DNA from: Octopus bimaculoides
Lineage: Eukaryota
Assembly (NCBI RefSeq): GCF_001194135.2
Contig: NC_068981.1
Coordinates: 58,482,059 to 58,546,058, forward strand
Direction of reading: 5' to 3'
Length of the DNA stretch: 64,000 nucleotides
Position numbers and translations under genes: made by a program. Each line of letters begins with the position of its first letter. Positions within the stretch are counted from its first letter, which is position 1. This document shows positions 48,802-61,655 of the stretch, one piece after another. The notes beneath the pieces are model-generated. The model searched no databases, was not told the DNA's origin, and saw only the letters and a program-made list of their open reading frames with translations.

Positions 48802-51800
48802 TGGCTTCACTGTAGCAGTTTTAATTTATGGAGCTATGAATTTACTACTGACTTTATGAAGACTAACAAATTATTGGAAAGAAAATCAGTGGTAAACGCA
48901 GTTTTAATATGCAACAAATGTAGTCAAGTTTTGTTCAATATTGTTAATAAATCTGGTTTTAAATTTGCTGTTTTCTCTTTTTTTTTTTTTTTAAATTTTA
49001 AAATCCACCACAGACAGTGTGTGGTTGTGAAGTTCGCTTTGCAACTANNNNNNNNNNTGATGAGCAATCTGAGAAATGTCACTTGTCAAACAAAGCCCCT
49101 TGTGATATTTGGTCTGGACTAAAGAACTCTTTTGTGAAATTTGTACCTAGTAATGCTTATTGTTCATTAATTACTATGTAAAATAAATATTAATTCTCAG
49201 TTAGAAATAATCTCTTACATTTCACATCTATTGAATTTTAGAAATATCATGATGACTTGTGGTGCATTTTTGTATGGCTAAGGCACTTATCACTCTTGAA
49301 TATGTATCTGGAAGAGCTCTTCAAGGCAGAAAATACCTAAGCTTGCATAAGTGCAAGCCATAATGAAATTTTGTTTCCACATATAGAGACCAGATACTGT
49401 AAACCTGACATTACCAGAAAGCCACTCACTAATACACCCCAATTTCTGACCTAGAGCCTTCTGCTCTTCAGATCTCACTGAACGTGTGCTACTCTTTCAT
49501 TTTCCTTTGCCATTCCTATTGTGCTCTTTTTGTTCCCAGAATATTGACCCTCTGGAATTCCTTATCTGCAACTGTTTAAGATTATCAACTACATCAGTCT
49601 CAGAAAGCTGTCTTTTTCTCTAGATTAAGCTAAATAGGCAAAAAAACTGTTATTTTCCTTTTGTAAGGGGAGGCTCTCTCAATCCCATTCATGTAATTAC
49701 AGGGTATTGCCTGCCGGTAACCATTTAGATTGAGGTTTCAGAAAGGATACGACAAACTTAGTAATTGGAAAACCCAAGTTGGGCTAATGATTAAAACCAA
49801 AACTGGTGATTTGCACTAAATAGAGTTAGAAGGTGGCTATAATGTTAGCCTTCACATTCCAATAACAAAATAAAACCTGTGGAAATTCCATAGGTTTTTG
49901 ATAGTGAAAATTTTTGGAATAGTAGTTGAAGACAACAGCTGGCAGGTAAGATAGGGAGGGAGATATGTGACAAGAAAAAAACTGCCAATGAATCGTTGCA
50001 GATGTATAATCCTACATAGTGTGTATGCAGATATGTGTGTATATATATATATACATACCATGAATTGTAATAGATTTTTGTGGTTATGTTGGTAAGATGT
50101 TAACAGGTAGTGATTACAAGGAGTTGAGAGCTAAAATTTGAAAATACTATATAATTTAAAACATGCATTGTAGTATAAGTAATGTTGCTGCTGCCACGAC
50201 CATAACTATAAAAAAAAAAAACTATCACCACCACTACCTCTTAATTGTCTATACTTTTCCATCTCTGAGATACCTCCCTTAATGTAGGTAGCTCATACAA
50301 AAATATATATAAAATACTTAAATGAGTTTACTTAACAATACATTGGAATAGTTTGAATTGGGTAGTTATAGCAAATCACTAAAGTGCCTGATAGAGGCAT
50401 TTAGAGATTTGCTATCAAGATGACAGGGCAACAATATTTGTATACTCGTCACAAAGCTGAAGAAGAAACTGCCACAACTGGATAGATATGTTACGATGTA
50501 AGGAGTAATGTTACAAAGACTGCCATAAGGATCAACACAGTAGAAGAAAACAATGAGTAATTTAAAATGTATCTTTAATCCATTAAAGAAACTTGGTCTT
50601 CTTGTGATTTAGAGATTGCATACTTCAAATGAAATTGAGAAAATATAACCCATCAGATGGTGTAAACAATATTTGTTATGAGGCAAAACCATGTCCTCTC
50701 TGGAGGATGGAATCAAAATTCAATAATCCTAATCATCTGCTTGAGCAGAACTCTGTCACACAGGTAACTGATTTTCAGAAATGTACAATGCTTTTAGATT
50801 CGACCTTCCTATAAAGATGGTATGACAAGAAAGAATTAGGATTTGAAATATGGTCCCCTACATTTAAAGACTTGAGTTTGTTGATGGATACATAGCTGCA
50901 GCTGTATGTATATTAATATATAGTCAACCTGGTTCTTTTATTTACTAGGCTATAAAAAGTTGCTGATGTGACTGCCAACAGCAGTCGAGAAATATCTTCT
51001 TTTCGTTAAATTTAATCTGAGCTGAAATGTAGATAATGCAATATACAACTCTTTGGCTATGTATCAATCAATACATAAATAATATATTAAAATTAACAAC
51101 AGATTGAGAGACTTAAGATGAAAGAAATAGAAAATTTGGTTGACACTAAAAAAATAAACAGTGAGTAATACTAGAAAGGAAAGTAATGCGGCACTAGTGA
51201 AGCCTTTGATTATGCCCAGCACGAAAACCTCCAAGCGAAAGTCACCTACTGATGGAAATACATTTTGTCTCTTGATGCTCTAGTTTCCCGTGAACCTGCA
51301 TTATTATAACATGTCTAGGAGGATTTCTGATTCATACTTGCTATCATCTCTAACAACACACTCCTATGCAGTTGACACCACCTTCAGATCTGAATCATGT
51401 GCACATGCATCATTCATGCCAGATCTACATGGCCTTCACACAGAGAGAGACTTCGAAACAATTCAATGAGGACAGTTTTTTCTCCAGCACTAATACTACT
51501 GCCAGACACCAAACTTCACATTATCTTGTCATAAAAATCGAAAAAAACCAGTTACTACAAATATTACACTTTCTGATCTCATAAGTTTAACCATACAAAA
51601 ACTGTATTCACAATAAACTCTTCCTTAGGAGTCAGGAAATATTTCAGCTCTAGATAGTTACTGACAAGGATGACTCAATTATTAATTCACAGCACTACAA
51701 CTGTTACTATAATGCTTTTACTCTCCTGAACTAGTTAGCTGCATTTCTCCTGTCCACATTTCCCCCTTAGATGTTCAAACCAAAGAAAGCACATCATTGT

Positions 51801-53403
51801 CAACATTCATGAATGGTCTGCAGAGATGATGGACACCATCGTTGTCCTTGGTACATGTGTTTTGTTGAAACACCCATTTACTGCGGGATAGTGTGCAGGG
51901 AGAGTTCCCTACATAATACTGAATGTTAACAAACACCAACACACAGCATTATGTTTGGAGCTTTCCCTGGATGCTGTCTCACACAAACGGGTGTTTAAAC
52001 AGAACACACTTCGTATGTGCGACTTAAATGTTTACATTACTAAAACTGCTTTTAATTTGTAATTCCATATATATCCATAAGATAAAAAAGCCTATTTTAA
52101 AATGACATGGTCCAACAATATGTCTACTTCAGTCATATATGCAAAAAGGGGGTGGAGGTGAAATAGTTTTGCCACAAAATGAATCTTTATAAACTTACCT
52201 TTTTCGCTGGGTGGATACTAATGAAATATTTTGATTAAACAAATAAGCTATTATACTGATGTTAATGTTGCATAAATTAGGTACAGAACCTCTGATTAAC
52301 TTAAATTGCTTTAATATCAACAAAACAAAAGTTTAATACAGAAAAAATTAGAAATTTATTCCTACAAGTGTTTAAAAAATAGATTCACAGAATTAGTCTT
52401 TAAATAAGAATGTACAAAGTACTTTGAATCTTTTTTTTTTCTCGTTAAAATTAGTGAGAATCATCTAAATACTATTAAGAAAGGCATATAAAGAACTGAC
52501 CAAATTTTAAAATCAATATTGAATATTAACTTCAAATCATTGTTATTTCAAACAGCTGATAATCACATCAATTCTTTCTGACATGATGCTATAAGGTATT
52601 TAACTTTTGATGACCAACATACATAATCACACTTGCCCAGGCACACATACACTGAGATAATCAAATTTAATGTAATTTTTTTCGTACAAACTTTTAATGT
52701 TTGGAAGAAATATACTGTGCTAATATTCTTGCATTCATAAATATAAATACCTAAAGAAGTGATATTATGAAGGAATCATTGTTAGTTTTTAAAATGGAAA
52801 CATCAAAAGTAATCTAAGAATAATATGAAATATTTTGCAAAGCAATCAGAAAGTAACAGTAGGGGGTGAGGGAGAAAAAAAATCAAAAATAAAGAAAACA
52901 AAAACTTTGAATGAAAAGAAGCAAATAACTTAGTAACAAATGATACAAATATTTTCTTCAGGAACAAAATCATTTCAATAGCGTGAACTGTTATGAATGC
53001 TTTTTTTTTTTATCCTTTGCCCAGTTTATCACATATCTCTAGCTATTTCTAAATAGTACAACGATTCAAAATTAAACCAAATGAACAAAATTTAAATATA
53101 AACTCCAATATCACAGATAAAAATATAATTTCAAAGGAAATTTCAATTCTGCTTTATATGTATCTTTTTTCTTTAAAATATTCCTAAAGGGAAGGAAGAA
53201 ATTTAATACCATTGTAATAAAAAATACGAGAAAAGAAACTTTTCTCATTGAAATATTTTCTGAGACATTTCATGTGAGTTCTAATTTCCTCATATACCAT
53301 CGTACAGATGGCTTTTAAACATCTGTATTGAAATCCATTGTAAAATATAAGAACTTAGATGGGTTAAGTTGTTTTTCATGACAAGAATTGCAGAAGGTTT
53401 TGG

Positions 53404-55171
53404 TCAGGCTATAAGTAACCAAAAAATGAAAACAATAGCCAGGCCAAGAAAAACCTTCGATAAGATCTGTTCTTCTTCATGGTGAGGAGACCCTGTCGGA
53501 GCTGCAATTAAAAGAAAAGAAAAACTTCATTATAACATATCGGTGAGAAAATGAAGTTTTATTAATTAGGTCTTTATACACATATAAATGTAACTTTTTT
53601 TGTAAGATAGTCAAAGAGAGAGAGAGCAGTACCCATAATCCTTTGTAGATCTTTCTAGATGAGAGTTATATGGCTGGTGCTCAGCTTTAATATCTGTAGG
53701 TGGGTGTTTATGAAAATTGAGGGAATTACAGTTCTAAGAAAGAAAAATTTGGCAAAATGTTTTGTAGGGGGGAATCTGGTAGGTTGAGACAGTAATGGTG
53801 ACAAGAAGAGAGACAAAACTAGTGGGCCTTGTAAAGACAGTACGTAGCTAGCGAATTTAGAGGCTATTGTGGTAGTAGTAAAAGAAACAGTACATTTGTG
53901 AGTTAGGGGTTAATTTAATTTTTGCCAAAGCCAAATAGCATTAATGCATACGTGTGACAGCAACACCATCTCATAATGGAGGGCAAATTCTCTAGTGTGG
54001 GTCATATTAGAAGGCAGTAATTGATCAGAACTGAAGTATTTCCTGCTTGAAAGAAAATTCATATTACTGAATGCGGTTTTGGTGATATCAAACATGTCAG
54101 TTCAGTAAGCAATCAGGTGTAACACTTAACATTTACAATAACTTCGATTCTGTCTTGATATTGCTGAATGAGGCTAGGTTGTCATGACCCCCAAAGTTAT
54201 TGTTTATAGCCATTGTGCAGGTTAGCATGAGAAAATCAAGTTATGAAGAAAATGCAGGAGGAGTGAAGTGCAATATCTTCTCTAAAGAACTGTATTGCTA
54301 GAAGCTGCAGTATGAGTTTCATTAATGTACAGAAGATATAACTGCACTTCAGAGTACACTAAAATCAATAGAGTGTAAGGTCAGGGAAAGCCCTCTAACC
54401 ATACATTGTGTTCTGACTGAAAGCTTCTGATCCAAGATACAATTGATATATAGATACCTTATGGGAGCAATTCATGTTCTAATACCAAATAGTTGAAGGG
54501 TTTGCTGATGTTAAGCACAACAGAGCAAAGGAGATTTGGAGCATTTCAACTTGAGACTCATCAATGGTACTCCTCAAGCTGATCTCACTATGTAAGCAAT
54601 ATTAGTGGTTACTGAGGTGAAAGTTAGTTTGTGAACAAGATAATTGTTAATTATTGCCATCACCTTTGAGATCTTGAAAGTGAAAGGTAAATAGATAAGA
54701 ATGACAGTCTTTCTGAAATCATATTTTAGGTACAGTCAATGTAACTCTAGCACAATGCTTCAGATATACTGGCCAAATTGCTATTCTGAGCTATCTGCAT
54801 CAGCTACTGTACTCACTGGTTCACCAAAACACCTAACACCTTTGATCACTTTCTCACCTCTAAATTCAATCTTTACCAATGCATTAATATTTGCACCCAT
54901 TGGATCATCCAATCACAAGAGAATGACAAATCAATAAAGATGTATATACATGGTTCCTCTTCAAATACTACAAAACATCTTAAAAATGGGTAACTATACC
55001 AGATAAGGTAATGAAAAATATGCCAGAGAAGAAGACTAGATGATAATTCAGTGCAATATGCATCACAAATGACATTTTTTAATTGATGACATTAAACTAG
55101 AATGCAAGGTTTCAAAATAAAACCACCAACATGAAACACATTATAAACTTAAACTCAGACATGTATGTATG

Positions 55172-55220
<49 letters not shown>

Positions 55221-58200
55221 ATATACATACATACATTCACACAATACATATATAAATACATACACACACACACAGAGTAAAGGTATGTGACCGAATAGTT
55301 GGTTTCATGATAATGAATGAAGTTGAGTTTGGTTTCTGAACTGGGTGGCAACTGCATTGTATCCTTGAGCAAGGCATATTTTTTAACATCACTACAGCCT
55401 GCTCAGCTGAAAATGAATACTAGCTGTTACAATTTCTATCTTGTGCTGGGTGGAAGGGGCAAGAGGGTATCTATACTCATGACTACATAGGCATCTAAAA
55501 CAATTAGCAAAAGCATGGTACAAGCTACCAACATACATACTGTTGTGGCCAGAATCACAACACCCCCTCTGAGAATAGACTTGACGAACTGACCATAAAT
55601 AGTAGAGGCCTGAGTGAGAGACACAGAGAGAGTGAGCGTTAATCGCAGGAATTCATAAGGTGTCATTTTGGTAGTTTGTTGGAATATCATTTGGTGGTTC
55701 ATGTATAGTTTGTGGAGAGTTTATTGGATTGTTACATTGTTGTTACCCTGCTTGGTTATATATTTTATTGTTACTACACAGTTATAGTGTAAACAAGTAT
55801 CGCCATAAATAGTGGCGATACTACAATAACTGGCAACGAGTAATAATTGGGGATGAGATTTGAAACTCACGCAGGTCAGTTAAATTTTTGTCTGCAACAG
55901 CAGAAAGAGTCGATCAACAGTACCCAAGAGTTGAATAACAGTACCCAAAAGTCGAACAACAGTTGCTGGAATTAATAAGGAAGTATGGAAACATTATAAG
56001 TTGGTTTTCACCAGATGGTGTATCGAACTCTATAACAGAATTCAGTTATGACCTAGAGGAGGGTATAACATTTGCAATGTACTTTCAAAAGGTGTTTCAG
56101 AATATTAAAAGAAAAAATTAATTTCCGATTTGTCATTGGCTCATTTCAATCCTGCAGCAGAAATTGCTTCTGAATATGAATTAGGAGTAGTTTTGCTATA
56201 CAAATATAAAGACGTTAATATGAAGGTGGTGGTTCATGCCTCATGTGCTCTGATTGCAGCAGAAAAAAAACTACAGTCAGATAGAGAAAGAAGCTCTAGT
56301 GATTATTTTTGCTGTGAAGAAATTTCACAGATTTCTCCTCGATAGAAGTTTCTAGCTTCAGATAGACCACCGACCATTACTAGCAATTTTCAGATCGAAG
56401 AAAGGAATTCCTACACATATCGCTAACAATGCTGGGGTACAACATTGATAAATTACAACTTTAAGATGGAGTACATTCCTTCTAAGAAAATTGGCCACGT
56501 AGATTGTTTATCTAGGCTAATTCCAAAGAATGCAGAACTGCTGGAAGATACAGTGATAGCCGTATTACAATCAGAAAAGGAAATTAAAAACGTTATGTGT
56601 AATGTCATTCAGGAGTTACCAGTGACTGTACAAGATATAAAAAGTAAATCAGTGGAAGACAAATACATCATAAAAGTGAAAGAAACCTTGAAAGGTAAAC
56701 ACAAAGGTGAACTATTTTTCACCCTGCAACAATGTATTAATGTACGCACAAAGAGTGGCAGTACCAACTGCACTACAAAAATGGATATTACATGAATTTC
56801 ATAGCGGACACCTAGGGATGTCAAGAATAAAAGCCTTGATAAGGAGTTATGAGTATTGGACCGGGATGTTAAAAATTTCGTAAAATCATGTAGAGGTACC
56901 ACCAGTAAAATAGCAATCGCGGTTTGAGATAGATAGTCCGTGGTCCAGGGTACATATAGACTACGCTGGACCAGTGAATGGTCATTGTTGATAGCTTTAC
57001 CAAATGGGTGGAAGCATGTAGGTGCAATCAATCTACCTCGAAGGTAACAATAAAGTTCCAGCATGAACTTGTTGCTCGATACAGTATTCCGGACACCATA
57101 GTATCAGACAATGGAACATAATTTACAGGATATAAGTTCAAGAAATTCTGAAAAATGTATGCAATCAAGCACATGTTTACCCCGCCCTACCACCTGAGGT
57201 CAAATGGGTTAGCAGAATGATTCATAGACACTTTTAAGCAAGCACTAAAAAAAGCAGGGAACGAGTCAGGAAATGACGAAGCACTAACTCAATTCTTAGG
57301 GATGTACAGAATAATGCCCAATTCAAATACCAGTTCAGGCGAGTCGCCTGCAGAGCTAATGTTTGCTCAAAAGATTAAACCAATCTTCGACAAATTGTTG
57401 CCAAAGGAAAAATCGTATAGAGAAAATACAAAAAATTCAACTTAACATTTTGATGTCAGAAGTGACTACTAATACCTCAGTGGCCAACAGGATTTGACTC
57501 TCCACTTGCTGGCACCTGAGATGCCTAGCATGTTGAATATCCTGCTGAGAGACTGGCCCTGCAGCTCCTCTACATTCTGTCTCAATGAGATTACACCTTA
57601 CTCATCACCTACTGTTTTAACATACTTCCATCAGCTCAGTATACTTTGCTCTCTTCCTCTTGTTGACCTCCTCAATGCAGTTACCCCAGGGAGAGATCAA
57701 CATCATATCTGACTTCAGTGACCTGGAGGCAACAGTTTCTGGGAAGCTCAGCTACTTCTCAAGGCCAACTTTTCAAATCCCAACTTGTGTAAGTTATGCA
57801 GATAGTGCCAAAGTGGAGTTAGAGATGGACACAAACAACAATTATCTATACATAGAATCAACACCTGGATAAATGACATGAAATTCCAATGCCATAATCA
57901 ATATTTATGTGAAGTGTGTGTGTGTGTGTGTGTGTGCACGCATATATATACATATACGCACACACACACACACACACAAATATATCCACTCAGCTATACA
58001 CACACTGATATATAAACGCATATACACTATGTGTTGTAGACTTAATTCATTACCCAGTTTCATACCATCCAGACTTTGGAACCTTTAAAAGAGTTTAACT
58101 TTGTTGCAAGCAGTTCCCTAGTCATAAGTTACAGGCCACACCCCATCCTTTCTTACAGCCTGACAAAAAGTGTTACCACTCCTCCACTAATAGGTCATAA

Positions 58201-61200
58201 AACAAAATCCAGAGTTAAATTGCTAATCAATTCCTGAAATATTTAAAATCATAACGTAGAGATTACTTTGTTAATTAACAAAGTAATCTCTACGTTATGA
58301 TTTTAAAAATATGAGTCAGTAAACTGACTCATATTTCTAAAATCATAATAAAATTATCATGTCTATAGTTTAATGATAAAAAAAAATAACAGATATTAAT
58401 GAATTAAAAACTATTACGAGCTAAAAATATATTGAAATTATTCAATGAATTGCATATACTTCCAATCCTAAAACTTAAAAGTAAAAATATGTGATAAGTA
58501 AATAGTTGATATTTACGTGGGCCAGGTCTGACATCACTCCAATTAAATGTTGATGCAAAAAATCCCAAAGGAAAAGCACCAATTCCAAAAGTCATATGAA
58601 AATTGCCTTCTCCAAATCCAAAGTTTGAAAATGCCTTGAATCCAAAAAGAAAGGAAGAGAAGTGAAAAAAAAAAAAATTAAAATATTACTTTGAAGCATC
58701 AAAAAAATATAGTAATAAAAAGAACAATCTACTGAAAAATAAACAAAAATAACTGTAAAAACAAAATATATTTAATACATACACTTTGGTTTTCTGGTTC
58801 TGTTCTTTGGCCAGGTGGACGCGGTGGCATTTTATTCCTGCAATATATTGATATATTAATGTGTGTATACACACATTGTACATATTTGTGATATAAAACA
58901 TTCTAAACACTAACTTAAAATAGAAAGAACAAGCTCTCTAACAGAACTTGAACTTCATATCTACAGCCTTCTAGACAACTCTGAAACCAATTATATTACA
59001 GAGTATCTTTTCTCACCCTGTCAAATTAGGTTAAACAAATTTTACTGGTATAAATTAGAACTTCTATTTCCACAAATATCACATTTATTTGTCTGTTAAT
59101 TTTGTGATTCACTCAGAAGAAATCTGATGAGTCTCATTCTTAAAAGACAAATACCCTGTGGTTTCAACAGGTTGTACTATCACAGAGATTAAGTATTGTT
59201 CTATTTCATCGAAGGCTTTGAGTAACACATCTCTAAATCTCCGTCCATTTGCAGGATCTTTAAGCTTCCAGACCCTTCTCCTCCATGCCGGTCTACTTCT
59301 GGGCATCCATTTAGCCTTGATCCCAAAGTCTCTAACTACTAATCTGTATTGAGGGGTACATTCTTCACCTGGGAAGGTTTTAGCATTTATAAGCCATCCT
59401 CTTTCCCTATTTCTGGCGAGGATGTAGTCAATTTGGTTAGTGTGTCTGCTGGAACGGTAGGTGACTAGGTGACAGGCAGGTTTCCTGAAGTTGGNNNNNN
59501 NNNNTTGGTTAGTGTGTCTGCTGGAACGGTAGGTGACTAGGTGACAGGCAGGTTTCCTGAAGTTGGTATTGCAAACCATAAGATCATTTGCATCACAGAA
59601 CTCCAGCAGTCTGGTTGCCGCCTCATTGCGGGAACCGAAACCATAGCCTCCATATACACCATGGAAGCCCCCTGCACGTTGTCCAACATGTCCATTGAAG
59701 TCACCAGCCACAAAGAGAAGGTCCCTGTCATTCGTCAATGAGGTAGTCTGCAAAAGGGTGTCATAGAATTGGTCTTTCTGCCCATCCGGTAGCCCCGGTT
59801 GAGGGGCAGAGGCCGAGATGACGGTAGCTAACCTATGGTGAAGCACTAATCTAATCTTAAGTACTTTGTCACGTACTCTGGCTACCTCGATTACCTTATC
59901 AACCCATTTCTCTGCAAGAAGTATTCCCATGCTCCCAACCCCGTCAGTGTTACCTGCCCAGAAAATCTTGTACCTGTGTTCCTTGCCTGTGAGGAACCTA
60001 GCGGAACCTCTTCTCCACCTTACTTCTTGGCTGCAGCACAAATCTACACATCTCCGTTCAAGCATCTCAACAATCTCATCAGGCAAAGTTCAGAGAGCTC
60101 TTACCTCTGCTGGTGACAAAGGCCTCTCATTCAGAGTAAAAGGCAGAGTGTCTGACGCATGTGTATGAACAGCCATGCTACATGGAAATTAAACATGGGC
60201 CGTGACTGCTGAGGACATGCATAAGCTCGCAAGGAATGAAGCCAGTATGCTCCAATCGATGTGTAATGTCAGTGTGTATACTCGACAGAGTGTAAGTACC
60301 TTGAGAGAAAAGTTGAACCTAAGAAGCATCAGTTGTGGTGTGCAAGAGAGCCGACTGCGCTGGTATGGTCATGTGGCGAGAATGGATAAGGATAGCCGAG
60401 TGAAAATGTGCCACACCCTAGCAGTTGAGGGAACCTGTGGAAGAAGTAGACCCAGGAACACCTGGGATGAGGTGGTGAAGCACGACCTTCAAACATTAGG
60501 TCTCACCGAGGCAATGACTTGTGACCGAGACCTTTGGAAATATGCTGTGCGTGAGAAGACCCTGCAAGTCAAGTGAGACCATAATCCAAAGCCTCTACCA
60601 GGGCTGTAGCCAGCCCACTTATGCGTACCTTTCCTTCATTGGACACTAAACTCTGCTTGTGAAGACCTGTTGAGGCAAGTGAAATCGAAATTGAACTAAA
60701 TTCAACGACTGGCACCCATGCCAACCTTCCTTCATTGGACACTAAACTTGGCTTGCAGAGACCTGTTGGGGCAGGTAAAATCGAAATTGTGATGGCACCT
60801 GTACCAGTGGAGCGCTAAGAAAACTGTCCAAGCGCGATCGTNNNNNNNNNNNNNNNNNNNNNNNNNNNNNNNNNNNNNNNNNNNNNNNNNNNNNNNNNNN
60901 NNNNNNNNNNNNNNNNNNNNNNNNNNNNNNNNNNNNNNNNNNNNNNNNNNNNNNNNNNNNNNNNNNNNNNNNNNNNNNNNNNNNNNNNNNNNNNNNNNNN
61001 NNNNNNNNNNNNNNNNNNNNNNNNNNNNNNNNNNNNNNNNNNNNNNNNNNNNNNNNNNNNNNNNNNNNNNNNNNNNNNNNNNNNNNNNNNNNNNNNNNNN
61101 NNNNNNNNNNNNNNNNNNNNNNNNNNNNNNNNNNNNNNNNNNNNNNNNNNNNNNNNNNNNNNNNNNNNNNNNNNNNNNNNNNNNNNNNNNNNNNNNNNNN

Positions 61201-61624
61201 NNNNNNNNNNNNNNNNNNNNNNNNNNNNNNNNNNNNNNNNNNNNNNNNNNNNNNNNNNNNNNNNNNNNNNNNNNNNNNNNNNNNNNNNNNNNNNNNNNNN
61301 NNNNNNNNNNNNNNNNNNNNNNNNNNNNNNNNNNNNNNNNNNNNNNNNNNNNNNNNNNNNNNNNNNNNNNNNNNNNNNNNNNNNNNNNNNNNNNNNNNNN
61401 NNNNNNNNNNNNNNNNNNNNNNNNNNNNNNNNNNNNNNNNNNNNNNNNNNNNNNNNNNNNNNNNNNNNNNNNNNNNNNNNNNNNNNNNNNNNNNNNNNNN
61501 NNNNNNNNNNNNNNNNNNNNNNNNNNNNNNNNNNNNNNNNNNNNNNNNNNNNNNNNTAAACGATGATGATGATGATATACATATATATACACACATATAT
61601 ATATTCATATACATATACATATAT

Positions 61625-61655
<31 letters not shown>

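Noticed and set aside
53680-54950. Additional gene in the RNF185 last intron
   Set aside because: Only fragmentary APE-endonuclease-like residues with many stops; at best an old CR1/L2-type LINE remnant, too degraded to annotate.
59435-59565. Tandem duplication inside the RTE endonuclease
   Set aside because: The identical ~60-nt copies sit either side of a 10-N gap, the typical contig-overlap artefact.
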